A DNA stretch of 64,000 nucleotides from an uncultured Chloroflexia bacterium (GCA_963767035.1 CAVYBW010000001.1:2118547-2182546), one strand, 5' to 3'; shown: positions 10,001-20,073, numbered from the stretch's first letter. Notes: generated from the sequence alone by a model not told the origin. Made by a program: numbers and translations.

Positions 10001-11473
10001 ATGTTAGAACTTACTTTTGATGCTGATGCACGGGCTTTATATGCCTACTTTACCGATATTAACGAAGGCGATGATGCCAGCCAACTGGAAATTCCAGGGG
10101 TCTTTTTATTAGATGCCGCTGGCCAGATTGTTGGCGTGCAGTTGCAATTGGCTTCAGCACCGAAAAAGAGCTTTTTGCAATATGCCCAAGGCTTCGAGGA
10201 GCTACACTACAACGAAGAGACGCAGCAACTAACCTTGAGTTTTGGTCAGCACGACGTTGCTGCAACCGAGGAATTGCCCTACGAAGCGATTGTTGACCTC
10301 GACCGCAAAGGCCGAGCCTTAGGTCTCGAAATTCAAGCAATGATCGAGTTTGGTCTCAACGAGCGGCTTGAAGCACTCAACCCATGGTTGGTTGCTTTCG
10401 ACGAAGAGTCTGATGACGAGTTCGAAGACGCTGATGATGACGATCAAGCCGAAGATCAAGCCGCAGTTAAGTTTGAGGCTACGGCTGAGCAAGAGGCCGA
10501 GGATGAGGATGGTCCAGTCGTTCATCAACTACCAGTCAAACTCAACCCGAACTTGCCAAAACCGTTGCTCCCAACCGATCATGAAGTGCATAGCGGGTTT
10601 GTGGCATTGGTTGGCAAGCCCAACGTTGGCAAATCAACCTTGCTAAATGCCTACCTTGGCCAAAAAGTCTCGATTGTTTCGCCTAAACCGCAAACCACGC
10701 GCGTGCCAGTGCGCGGCATTCTCAACGGCCCCGATGCCCAGATTATTTTCGTGGATACACCAGGCATTCACAAACCACGGCATAAACTTGGTAATTTCAT
10801 GGTCGATGTGGCCAAACGGGCGGTGCCAAACGCCGATGTGATCTGCTTTATGGTTGATATCACCGTGCCACCCAACCGGATGGATCGCGAAATTGCCCAG
10901 ATGGTGCTGCTCTCACGCAAGCCCCATATTTTGGTGCTCAACAAAGTCGATGCTACCGACGAAGCCGATAAGCATCTGCAAGAGTATCGCGACCTCGCGC
11001 CATGGGAAATGGAAGTAGCGGTTTCAGCCCGCGATAAATTGGGCATGGAAACCCTGCTCGAAGAAATCGTCAAGCGCTTGCCACTCGGCCATCGGCTTTA
11101 CCCCGAAGATCAGCTTTCCGATGTTTCCGAGCGTACCTTGGTCGCCGAAATGATTCGCGAAAAAGTCATGCTCAATACCGAGGAGGAAATTCCCCATTCG
11201 ATCGCCGTCGAAGTTGAAGAATGGGAAGATCGCGGCAAAGTCGTTTATATTCGAGCCAATATTTCGGTCGAAAAAGACTCGCAAAAAGGCATCATCATTG
11301 GCGCTGGTGGCTCGATGCTGCGCAAAATTGGCGCAACTTCGCGCTTTGAAATCGAACGCTCACTTGGCCGCCAAATCTATCTCGACTTGTGGATCAAGGT
11401 GCGCGAGAATTGGCGCCAAAAACCCAATGAGCTACGTTGGCTGGGCTACGACGTAAAATTCTACAGGGATTAA
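10001..11473 (+). CDS. era: GTPase Era with N-terminal DUF2283-like domain and acidic linker
   Basis: The C-terminal 300 aa is a canonical Era: G1 GKPNVGKST, G2 T, G3 DTPG, G4 NKVD, and a KH domain. The N-terminal 60 aa MLELTFDADARALYAYFTD...GVFLLDAAGQIVGVQLQ matches the DUF2283 pattern, followed by a D/E-rich 70 aa linker. Confidence 0.9.
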   Translation: MLELTFDADARALYAYFTDINEGDDASQLEIPGVFLLDAAGQIVGVQLQLASAPKKSFLQYAQGFEELHYNEETQQLTLSFGQHDVAATEELPYEAIVDLDRKGRALGLEIQAMIEFGLNERLEALNPWLVAFDEESDDEFEDADDDDQAEDQAAVKFEATAEQEAEDEDGPVVHQLPVKLNPNLPKPLLPTDHEVHSGFVALVGKPNVGKSTLLNAYLGQKVSIVSPKPQTTRVPVRGILNGPDAQIIFVDTPGIHKPRHKLGNFMVDVAKRAVPNADVICFMVDITVPPNRMDREIAQMVLLSRKPHILVLNKVDATDEADKHLQEYRDLAPWEMEVAVSARDKLGMETLLEEIVKRLPLGHRLYPEDQLSDVSERTLVAEMIREKVMLNTEEEIPHSIAVEVEEWEDRGKVVYIRANISVEKDSQKGIIIGAGGSMLRKIGATSRFEIERSLGRQIYLDLWIKVRENWRQKPNELRWLGYDVKFYRD

Positions 11474-11503
11474 CCCCTATAGGCTAACCCTTTATGGACA
11501 AAT

Positions 11504-11540
11504 GGCGGGGGATAAGCATCCCCCGCTTGAGTGATTTTAT
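11504..11540 (+). terminator. Candidate terminator downstream of era
   Basis: gcggggga taagca tcccccgc stem-loop followed by ttgagtgatttt. Confidence 0.5.
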
Positions 11541-11575
11541 GCCATACTACAATGTATGGTATTTTTTTGTAGTCC

Positions 11576-14462
11576 ATGAGGCGGCCTATGCACGATGTTG
11601 AGCGAATCCGTCAGAAAATTATCAATTTACAAGCCCGCCGTGCCCAAGAAACCGATCAAGATCTGATCGAAGCCCTCGATCAAATGATTGGACAACATCA
11701 ACTTCAACTGAGCCAAATCGCCCAACAAGCTGCCGCTATTGCCGAACCATCGCCGCCCGCTGCCGCCCAAGGCCAAGTCTATGGATCAAGCGTCATGACC
11801 AATCTTGGCCATGTCTGGATCAATCAGGTGTTTAATGCGCCGCTGAGCACTGGCGAACGCACCGACCAATTGATTCTGCACTACTTGGCGCACATCCAAG
11901 GCAACGCCGATCGCTTGGTGTTGGGCACTGATGTGCAAGATAGCGATCAAGAGCGCATGTCGTTGCAGCGGGTGTTTACCATGCTGCAGGCTGATTTTTA
12001 TGGGCCAATTGCAGGCGATGCCCTGTTGCAATCGTTGCTGTTGGGTAGCCCGCAGCCCCGCCCGCAATTGCAAGATTCAATTCTCAAGGCGCTCAATCAA
12101 ATTCAGCATCAACGGGCAGTCATATTGGGCGTGCCTGGTGGTGGTAAAACGACAGTGGTTTCGTATTTGGCCTCGGCCCAAGCAGCGGCGCTACTCGACC
12201 CTGCCAAAGCTGAGTTTTTGCATAGCCAAGGCTGGATGCATACCAAACTTGTGCCAGTGCGCGTGCGGCTCAAGCATGTTCCAGCCGCCAGCCAACCCAG
12301 AGCAACAAACCGCCGATGCATTTTGGGAAGTCGTCACCGAGCTGCAATTAGCCGGACGCTTTGGTCAACGCTCAGTCAACAGCGATGTTGGCTTTCAACG
12401 GATCGAGGTCGAGCGCCAACAACGCTTGCAAGATGCAATTGAAGAACTATTGATCAATGGTAATGGCTTGTTGTTGCTCGATGGGCTTGATGAAGTTCAG
12501 CCCGAACATCTGGCCGCAGTCAAACGCTGTATTGAGCATGCGCACCGAATGTTTCACAAAAGCCGGATTATTGTCACCTGTCGGGTGTTTGATTATGAAC
12601 ATCCGCTGCCGCCGCCGTTTCCCTCGCGCCAACTCTACGATTGGCCGACGATTCAACTGATGCCGTTTGATCTCACGGCGCAGCATGTTTATATCACCAA
12701 TTATTATAGCGAATTGGGACGCTTGCATGCCTCGCACGCCGATATTGTGAGCATTCGCAAAAAGCATGCCAAACTCCATGCCGAATTGATGAAATCGGGG
12801 ATGTTGCATGAACTGACTCGCACACCGTTGCTCTTGGCGCTGACCGTGCATGTCAATATGGTGCATACCGATTTGCCTGAGAGCGAAGGTAAATTGCTCC
12901 ACATTTGTATTGACGAATTGCTCAAACGCCGCGCCCCTGAAGCGATCGCGGTTTCGCTCGAGGATCTCTACGATTTGGTGGCCTTGTTGGGCTATTATGC
13001 CCATAGCCAAGAGGAAGTTCAGGGCAAATCGTTGCTCAGTTTGCAACAAATTAATACCGTGGTGCAGCGCTATTATAGCGATCGCTTTCCGCATCCCAAT
13101 CAAATTCATATGCTGGCACAGGCCGTTGGCAATGCAACGTTGCGTTTAATCAATAGCAATGGCTTGTTGCAAGAGGCCAGCAACAATCAACAAGATAATC
13201 CGCATTATGATTTTGCCCATCGTTTGTTTCAGCAATTTTTGGCCGGCATGTATTTGCTCAACCAAGAGCGCCACGATGAATGTATCGAACGCTCTGGCAG
13301 CGAACATTGGCGAGTTTGCTTGCACTACATGGCCAACTTTGCGCCCTATATTCAAAAGCAAAGCTTTCTTTTTGGCGTGATTCAAGATCTACTTGGCGGC
13401 ATGCCCGATGAACAAGTGCAAGGCTCGCATTTACTCTTGGCAATTGGCAAAGCCAAAGTCGCCAGTGCTGGGCGACGCAATTTGTGGCAACAGGCAGTTA
13501 ATCATCTTAAAAATATTGGTGGGCTGAGTGGTAGCAGTCGCGGAGTACGACGTTGGGCACCACCACGGATTGCCTTCCCCACCCGATTGCGGGCAGCCTT
13601 GGTTTTGGGGGCAATTGGCGATACGCGCTTTATTGGCGAAGATGGCGCGTTAATTTCGCTCACAGAACGGGTTGTTTGCATCAATGCTGGAAGCGTTGAG
13701 ATTGAAGATCCCCATGCGCGCCCTCAAACCTACAGCGTTGAGCGCTTTTGGATGAGCCGCTACTTATTGACCAACCTTGAGTACAGCCAATTTATTGCCG
13801 CTCGCGGCTACTTGGACGATCAGTGGTGGCAACATGACGATGCCCGCCATTGGCGACGGGGCGACCCGTCGTGGTTGCATGGCTTGCCACCATGGGCGGC
13901 CCCACGACGCTTGCCCGATTTATGGCATAACGAACGCTTTAATCACCCAACTCAGCCGATTGTGGGCATCAATTGGTACGAGGCCAATGCCTTTTGTGCT
14001 TGGCTAACGCTGCAACTCCGACCACAACTTGATACGCTTGGCCACAATTTGGTGGTGCGCTTGCCCAGCGAAGCTGAATGGCAGTTGGCGGCGAGCCAAC
14101 AGAGTAATCGCGAATATCCATGGGGCGATGAATGGCGCAATGATCACGCCAACACCAGCGAAAGCGAGCTTGAGCAGCCAATCCCGGTTGGCATGTTCCC
14201 GTATGGCACGTGGAGCGATGGGCCGTTGGATTTAGCGGGCAATGTTTGCGAATGGACAAATAGCGTTAATCGTGATCCCGAGCTTGATCCCCAAACAACC
14301 CGCAATCGGCGACTGCAACACCGTGATTTGGTCGTAGCTGTGCGTGGTGGCTCGTGGTTTCACAATCGCTATTTTGCGCGTTGCCGTTCGCGGCTGCATC
14401 ATCGCCCGTTTAGCCATGGCCCCAACATTGGCGTGCGCTTGATTATCGGCAATGCTGAATAA
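11576..14462 (+). CDS. STAND NTPase: NACHT domain plus helical middle region plus C-terminal FGE-sulfatase (SUMF1/FGS) domain (apparent frameshift)
   Basis: Walker A ILGVPGGGKTT followed by PVRVRLK, then Walker B LLLLDGLDEV, are the NACHT hallmarks. The C-terminal 280 aa carries formylglycine-generating-enzyme-family motifs (GINWYEANAFCAWL, RLPSEAEWQLAA, YPWGDEW, NVCEWTNS, VRGGSWF, GFRL-like GVRLI). The frame switch falls at the ccc run 12296-12298. Confidence 0.85.
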
Positions 14463-14472
14463 GGAGATTAAT

Positions 14473-15084
14473 ATGCAACTTTCAATGTTAGAGCAAATGA
14501 GCACCCAAAGCCTGTATGATTTACGCGAGCAGCATCGCAAAAATTTAAATATTTTGGCGCAACAGGCTAGCCAATGGGGTGAAGGTAGCGTACCAGCAGA
14601 AACCCAAGCGCAAATCAGCCAAACCCAAGCCATGATCGAGCAGATTAATCTTGTGCTTGGGCAACGTGGCCATAGCAACCAAACCGACCCAGCCCGTGGC
14701 TCCTCGCTGCGCGATGTGCTTGAGCATTATCGCTATCAAGCCCCAGTTCACAATACTGGCACAGTTAATCTCACCAATAGTTCAGTTTATGGGGTGGTTA
14801 CTGGGGTCAATACTGGCACAATTACGCTCAATCAACAAACGGGGCAAGCAAGCTCAAGCCTGCAACAAGCAGCCCAAATGATTCAGCATTTGCTACCCAT
14901 GGCGCGTAGCCAACGTAGCCCGTTTCGCCATGCCCTGAGTGATGCCGAATTGACGATTGGCGATGCGCTCAAAGCCCAACGTAATGGCAGCGATCCGCAA
15001 CAGCTCGTGCAACAGGCGCGCGCTGATTTACAAGAGTTTGCCCAGTATCCAGAGATTAGTCAATTATTGGGGTTATTGCGCTAG
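14473..15084 (+). CDS. Small helical protein with central G/N/T-rich pseudo-repeat; candidate partner or effector of the upstream NACHT protein
   Basis: RBS aaggag 7 nt upstream of the ATG at 14473. It starts 11 nt after the NACHT gene's stop, so it is probably cotranscribed. It contains NTGTVNLTNSSVYGVVTGV / NTGTITLNQQTGQ pseudo-repeats. Confidence 0.6.
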   Translation: MQLSMLEQMSTQSLYDLREQHRKNLNILAQQASQWGEGSVPAETQAQISQTQAMIEQINLVLGQRGHSNQTDPARGSSLRDVLEHYRYQAPVHNTGTVNLTNSSVYGVVTGVNTGTITLNQQTGQASSSLQQAAQMIQHLLPMARSQRSPFRHALSDAELTIGDALKAQRNGSDPQQLVQQARADLQEFAQYPEISQLLGLLR

Positions 15085-15116
15085 TTAAGCGTATCGTGGG
15101 AAGGTGATGATTTAGT

Positions 15117-15190
15117 TTCGCCACCCTTCCGTCCCTCCGCCGGAGGGAAACGCAGGGGGTTTTTATCCCCCTGCACCCTCTAATATTAAG
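15117..15190. repeat. Family B intergenic element (tttcgccacccttccgtcc...caggggg...ccccctgcaccctctaatat)
   Basis: Shares its 5' block and internal G5/C5 hairpin with the copies at 24012-24075 and 45340-45410 (inverted). Confidence 0.65.
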
Positions 15191-15271
15191 CCAGCGGATT
15201 GTTTTACTGCTTGCTGGCACCAATAGTCGTGTGCTAATGCTAGCACGAATATATATTGAATCATCTTATCG

Positions 15272-15988
15272 CTATTGACCGCGATCCTCAAAGATAGCGG
15301 TGCGCACACCAGCCCAGCGTTCGCGGATCATGCCTGCGAGGGTGCGCAGACCCCAATGTTCGGCGCGTTTGATGCCAGTGCTAAACGCGGCGATATTATT
15401 GGCGCGGCAACTGGCCTGCGCTGATTCACGGAGAATTGGCGTGAGGAAGGCTTGCGCGCCACGATTAGCGGCCTCTTGCACTAGGGTTGGGGTAATTTGG
15501 TTGACAATCGCAACCTTACGGATCGATTGAACATTATTATCCCAGACCTCATCCACCCCGCCATACATATCCATCACCAACCGTCGCCATTCGGCAGGAG
15601 TTACAGGCTTGGGCAAATCGCCGACCATGCCCAATGGACGGCCACTTTTATCGGCCATGGGTGAGCGCCCGCGCAAACCTAACACCTCGGCCAAACGAGG
15701 CACAAAGCCAATCGTCAAGCGTTCGTCAAAGGGTGCGCCTGCATATAGCACCCCACGGGTTGGTGGCACCGTATCCCGATCAAGTTGTTGTGGCCGATGC
15801 AAAAAGATCGCATCAAGATCTTCGTGTTCGAGCCACGATGGCAACGTTGGCCATGGATCGAGCGCAAAGCCCATGCGGCGAATTGGTCGCACCGACGAAA
15901 TATAGATCGTACCCCGTTCTTCACTTGGAAAATACTCGGTCTCTAAAATCGTTTGCAAGAAGGTTGAAAGTTCAGCGAGGTTTGGCAT
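15272..15988 (-). CDS. Nif3-like (YqfO/YbgI family) protein
   Basis: The N-terminal LAELSTFLQTILE...ALDPW...DLDAIFLHRP pattern and overall length fit the short Nif3 family. The metal-binding His/Glu residues are not clearly conserved. Confidence 0.45.
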   Translation of the reverse strand: MPNLAELSTFLQTILETEYFPSEERGTIYISSVRPIRRMGFALDPWPTLPSWLEHEDLDAIFLHRPQQLDRDTVPPTRGVLYAGAPFDERLTIGFVPRLAEVLGLRGRSPMADKSGRPLGMVGDLPKPVTPAEWRRLVMDMYGGVDEVWDNNVQSIRKVAIVNQITPTLVQEAANRGAQAFLTPILRESAQASCRANNIAAFSTGIKRAEHWGLRTLAGMIRERWAGVRTAIFEDRGQ

Positions 15989-16063
15989 GATGCAGACTCC
16001 AAGTAACAACAAAAGGAAGCCCGGAGGGCTTCCCTTCCGTAATAGGGTTCCACGCTGGACAAA

Positions 16064-16423
16064 TTAGGCACGAATCAGGCTGGTATCTTTGTTCTTTTCG
16101 CCTTCATCGATCAACATAATTGGAATCCCGTCTTCAATCGGGTAGCGGTAGCCATTACGAGGATTGAGCAACCATTCTTTGCCATTTGAATCGCTGTACA
16201 ATTCAACTGGTTTTTTATCAACCGGGCATGCCAAAATTTCTAGCAGCTCAGGGCTGATTGAACGTTTAGTTGTGCTAGCACTTACAGCCGTGGTGTTTGA
16301 GCCTAAATTGCTGACAGGAGCCAACTCAAATGCTTGATCAGCCTTATATTGTTTATAAACCCGATAAACCAAGGCTCCTGCACCAGCGATGACAGCGAAG
16401 CGCAACAATTTACCAAATTTCAT
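16064..16423 (-). CDS. Trm112-like (DUF343) protein with N-terminal TM helix
   Basis: C-terminal ELLEILACPV...YPIEDGIPIMLIDE matches the Trm112/UPF0434 fold signature. Confidence 0.55.
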   Translation of the reverse strand: MKFGKLLRFAVIAGAGALVYRVYKQYKADQAFELAPVSNLGSNTTAVSASTTKRSISPELLEILACPVDKKPVELYSDSNGKEWLLNPRNGYRYPIEDGIPIMLIDEGEKNKDTSLIRA

Positions 16424-17090
16424 GGATTCCTCCTAGCAACACGCAGCGCATTCAACGCTTGCTGCGCGGTTTTCACAAATTGAATTATTTTAGTGAGATC
16501 TTTGATTCCAGCGGTTTCGATGCCGCTGCTGACATCAACGCCCCACGGGCCAACTGCTTGGATCGCTTGCGCCACATTGTTTGGTTCAAGCCCACCAGCC
16601 AATAATAATGGCGTTGTTTGGGCCAATTGCTGGGCTGCCGACCAATCGGCCAACACGCCAGCCCCGCCATATGAACCTGGCACATGGGCATCGACCACCA
16701 AGCGCAGGCGTTGATCGCGTTGGGCTATATCATACCATGCTTGCTCGCTATGGTGATTGGTTAACGCACAGCTTTAAGCATTGGTAGCTGAATTTCTTCG
16801 ATGATTGTTGGCGATTCATCGCCGCTAAGTTGGACCAGATCGAGGCCAACCTGCTGGGCAACTGCGTTAATCTTGGTTGCTGGTGCATTAACAAATACGC
16901 CCACCAACTGACAAGCTGTGCCGGTTGCACGTACAGCTTGAACAATTTCTGTGGCTAAAGCAGCTTCAATTTGGCGTTTGCTTGGCGCGAAGATCATGCC
17001 AATTAGGTCTGCGCCTGCCGAAGCCGCTGTAACAGCGGCTTCGACACTACCTACACCACAGATTTTTATGGCCTGCTGACCCCAACTCAC
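16420..17090 (-). CDS. trpF: Phosphoribosylanthranilate isomerase (apparent frameshift)
   Basis: N-terminal half KICGVGSVEAAVTAASAGADLIGMIF...GLDLVQLSGDE and C-terminal half PLLLAGGLEPNNVAQAI...GVDVSSGIE are in different frames. They join within 16760-16775. Confidence 0.8.
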
Positions 17091-19393
17091 GCGTCGTCTC
17101 CGCTTTCGCTGGCAGTGACTTTTTTGCGGCGGCGTGGTTGTTTGGCTGGCTCGGCTGGAGCGGGAGCTTCAGCAACTGGTTCGGCCTTTTTACGGCGGCT
17201 GGTTTTCTTTGGTTTTTCTTCAACGACTTCGACTGGCTCAGCCGCTTTGCGCTTGCCGCCACGTTTTTTGGGTTTTTCAGCAACTGGTTCAGCCACCGCT
17301 TCAACCACAGTTTCAGTTACTGGCTGGCTGATCACTTCGGCTGGCTCGGTTACAGCGTCGCTGACTGGTTCGCTAGCACTGCCAGCAGCAATTGCTTCGG
17401 CAACACTCAACGGCACAATCGATTTACGCCGACGGCTTGGTTTGCGTGGTTTGATCGCTGCTGAAGGAGCGGTGCCCACTGGCGCTTCATAATCGATTGG
17501 CTCAGCAAACGAATAATCGGCATCGCTATCGAGCAATGGTTGCTCGTCGAAGCTTTCGGGCAAGGTCACTTCATCGATTGGCGCGGTATAGTCATCCTCG
17601 ATGGCAATCGTTTGACCGCCGATCATTGCTGGCAACAAACGTGGCTCGTCATCAACCAGATCAGGCAAGTTTGGACCATCATCAAAGCCGGCAATATCGC
17701 TTGCATCGAAGGCTACTCCGACACCATCATGCTGTTCAGGATTGAGCACCAGGCGATAATGGGCTTTGGCTCCGCGATTTGAGCGTTGCACTTTGCCTTC
17801 ATTAATTGCTTGCTTGATCAATTCCTTCAAGGCATTATTGGTCAGTTCAAGCTCAGCGGTATTGCGCATTTCACGCAGATCATTGAAGATGTCGGCGAAC
17901 GGCACTGGCTCGCTGTAGACACCCATCACTTGATAGAACAATTGCCATTCGCGCTCGCCAAAGCTAAAGCCTTCGGGCAGCGCTGGTACCAAGACCGTTT
18001 CACCCAAATCTTCGGGCAAACTATCGGCGGTTGGCTGTTCAGGGCGGCTGCTACCACGGCGGCGGCGGCGACGACCATTGCGATCGCCTCGTTCGCTGCT
18101 GCTGGCGGCTTCTTCGCCCTCACTCATTTCCATTGGCTCATCGGCGATACCGATGGTTTCGATCGTAATTGGCGCAATTGCTTCGGCCTGCAATTCAAGC
18201 TCTTGTTCAAGCTCGCGTTCGGCTTCAACCGAAGGCAAATCTTCAGCGAATTGCGAAAGCTTGTAGGGATCTTCATCGGGCAAGAACACTTCATTGACCG
18301 TGCCGCTAGTGAAGATCTGAATCTTGCCAAGTCGTTCGGCTTCGCGCACGAAATCGGTAAACTTGGTGAACGGCTTGCCCTGAACATCGCGATAGCGACT
18401 TTCCTTGAAGTTGGGCATTAGCTCTTTCATCAAGACTTTGAGCGAGCCAAATGAGGTGACATAGCCACGTTTGCGGGCTAGGTGCAGAGCCTCAACCAGC
18501 TTATCGTAGATTGCTGCATCGGGATTGCTTGGTGACGTTGCCGCAACTGGCGTGGTACTTGGCGCTGGCCGCACCACAATTTCGGGTGCTTTGTCGGCGG
18601 GCTTTTCAGTCCGTGGTTCGGCGGGCTTTTCAACGCGCGAATCAAGCCGCTCCAACTGTGGCTCAGCATGCTTTTCTGGGCGTTCGCGTTCGCGGCGACG
18701 TTCATCGCGGCCATTGCGCTCGCTGCGGTCGCTACGATCAGGACGTTCGGTGCGTTCTGGGCGCTCGCTACGTTCTGGGCGTTCAGCCCGATCGTTACGC
18801 TCAACCCGTTCTGGGCGTTCAACCCGCTCGAAGGTTTTTTCTGGACGCTCGTTGCGCTCGGTGCGTTCGTTATTGCGACGACCACCCATTGGGCGAATAT
18901 CAACAATTTGTTCGTAGAACAAAAATTCGTCGGCACTTTGGGCAAGGTGGCTTGAGGCAGCCCCGCCAATGCCAACGATAATTACATCTTTACCTTCTTG
19001 GCGCACGCAATTAACCAAGGCGATAAAATCGCGGTCGCCAGTGATAAAGATATAGGCACCGATGTTGGTACGGGTGTAAAGCGTGCGCATGGCATCAATA
19101 CACATGTGCATATCAACACTATTTTTGATCGGACGGCCCATGCGGCCTTCGTCCTTATCGTAATAGTAGGTTGGCACATACATCGGCTCGATATTATTGG
19201 CAAATAAAGCGCTCGTAATGCGTGGGTAACGATACCAGTCGGCGTAAGCGCGAGCGACTACAACACGGCCATAGTCTTCGCAGCGTTCCATCAAGGCTTC
19301 GAAATTAGGGGTAGCGTCGAATTTCTCTCGAACTGAAACATAAATGTTCTCGAAGTCGATAAAAACCGCAACATCCTGCTTGGGTTTGTTCAT
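17087..19393 (-). CDS. NYN-domain ribonuclease-like protein with two OST-HTH/LOTUS domains, ERPER tandem repeats and Lys-rich tail
   Basis: N-terminal VAVFIDFENI...YIFITGDRDF is the NYN (LabA-like PIN) domain. Two segments (AIYDKLVEALHLARKRGYVTSFGSLKVLMK... and WQLFYQVMGVYSEPVPFADIFNDL...) look like OST-HTH domains. Between them are about 14 ER(P/N/S)ER repeats. Confidence 0.8.
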   Translation of the reverse strand: MNKPKQDVAVFIDFENIYVSVREKFDATPNFEALMERCEDYGRVVVARAYADWYRYPRITSALFANNIEPMYVPTYYYDKDEGRMGRPIKNSVDMHMCIDAMRTLYTRTNIGAYIFITGDRDFIALVNCVRQEGKDVIIVGIGGAASSHLAQSADEFLFYEQIVDIRPMGGRRNNERTERNERPEKTFERVERPERVERNDRAERPERSERPERTERPDRSDRSERNGRDERRRERERPEKHAEPQLERLDSRVEKPAEPRTEKPADKAPEIVVRPAPSTTPVAATSPSNPDAAIYDKLVEALHLARKRGYVTSFGSLKVLMKELMPNFKESRYRDVQGKPFTKFTDFVREAERLGKIQIFTSGTVNEVFLPDEDPYKLSQFAEDLPSVEAERELEQELELQAEAIAPITIETIGIADEPMEMSEGEEAASSSERGDRNGRRRRRRGSSRPEQPTADSLPEDLGETVLVPALPEGFSFGEREWQLFYQVMGVYSEPVPFADIFNDLREMRNTAELELTNNALKELIKQAINEGKVQRSNRGAKAHYRLVLNPEQHDGVGVAFDASDIAGFDDGPNLPDLVDDEPRLLPAMIGGQTIAIEDDYTAPIDEVTLPESFDEQPLLDSDADYSFAEPIDYEAPVGTAPSAAIKPRKPSRRRKSIVPLSVAEAIAAGSASEPVSDAVTEPAEVISQPVTETVVEAVAEPVAEKPKKRGGKRKAAEPVEVVEEKPKKTSRRKKAEPVAEAPAPAEPAKQPRRRKKVTASESGDDA
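18640..18900 (-). repeat. In-frame tandem repeats encoding ER(P/S/N)ER units in the NYN/OST-HTH gene
   Basis: Repeated cgttctgggcgttc / gaacg(c)ccaga blocks on the plus strand. Confidence 0.8.
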
Positions 19394-19740
19394 AGGGATT
19401 CCAATGTGCTCCTGGGTAGTTCCTTTGTTTAGGGCATGCCATTAAGTTCTGGCGAGTGATCGAGTACGGTCACCCATTACCACCGAAAACTACCAACAAT
19501 TAGGCAAATACAATTTGACAAGTGACGACATCAAACCAGTTGGAATGATGTATTGCGTGGGCGGCATCGCCTCTCATGGGATACTCAACGCCGCTAGTAT
19601 ACCATATCATCGCAGTGTGTATAGTCCTGAATTTGGGCGCAAGCGGTCAAGACCTAAGGGCCGAGGATCATGATCGTTAGTTAACCACGATGGTGGCTAT
19701 TGAATATATGTAATAGTCCATTGGATTGGCAACCGTGTTC

Positions 19741-19842
19741 CCTCACCCCCAACCCCTCTCCCACTGAACGCGGGCGAGGGGAGCGTTGGCCCCGTGGTTC
19801 CCCATCGTTGGCGGGAGCGAGGGGGTGAGGGGCAAGCCGTAG
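19741..19842. repeat. Family A repeat, inverted pair
   Basis: ccctcacccccaacccctctcccactgaacgcgggcgaggggagcg ... gggagcgagggggtgagggg. Confidence 0.8.
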
Positions 19843-20073
19843 TTAACGTGATGGAGCATTACAACTATTAGCTATAGAATTGAGGATCATGGTCATACCA
19901 ACCCCGCCCTCGATAGCCGATAGCCTGAAGCCGCTAGCCAATTTGTTAAAGCCTAGCCCATGATCACTGGCTCCTGAATCCTTGGAAACGTTTGACGCAC
20001 ATGCCATGGGTAGGTAGAATGATCTACGCTAGGCGAAATCGATTCGTCAGGCTCAAGGAGTAGAGTAATTTGT

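Noticed and set aside
12447-13109. 220 aa minus-strand ORF
   Set aside because: It is embedded antisense in the NACHT-FGS gene, with no motifs, so it is a shadow ORF.
17115-17492. Plus-strand ORFs (125, 65, 108 aa) with repetitive Ser/Ala/Gly/Phe-rich translations
   Set aside because: They are antisense to the repetitive Lys/Ala/Pro/Glu-rich 3' end of the NYN/OST-HTH gene, so they are repeat shadows.
19400-20070. 670 bp non-coding gap examined for a tRNA/tmRNA or riboswitch
   Set aside because: It has no T-loop (GTTCRANYC) or acceptor-stem pattern and no recognisable riboswitch consensus. It contains a family A repeat pair and is probably a promoter/repeat region.
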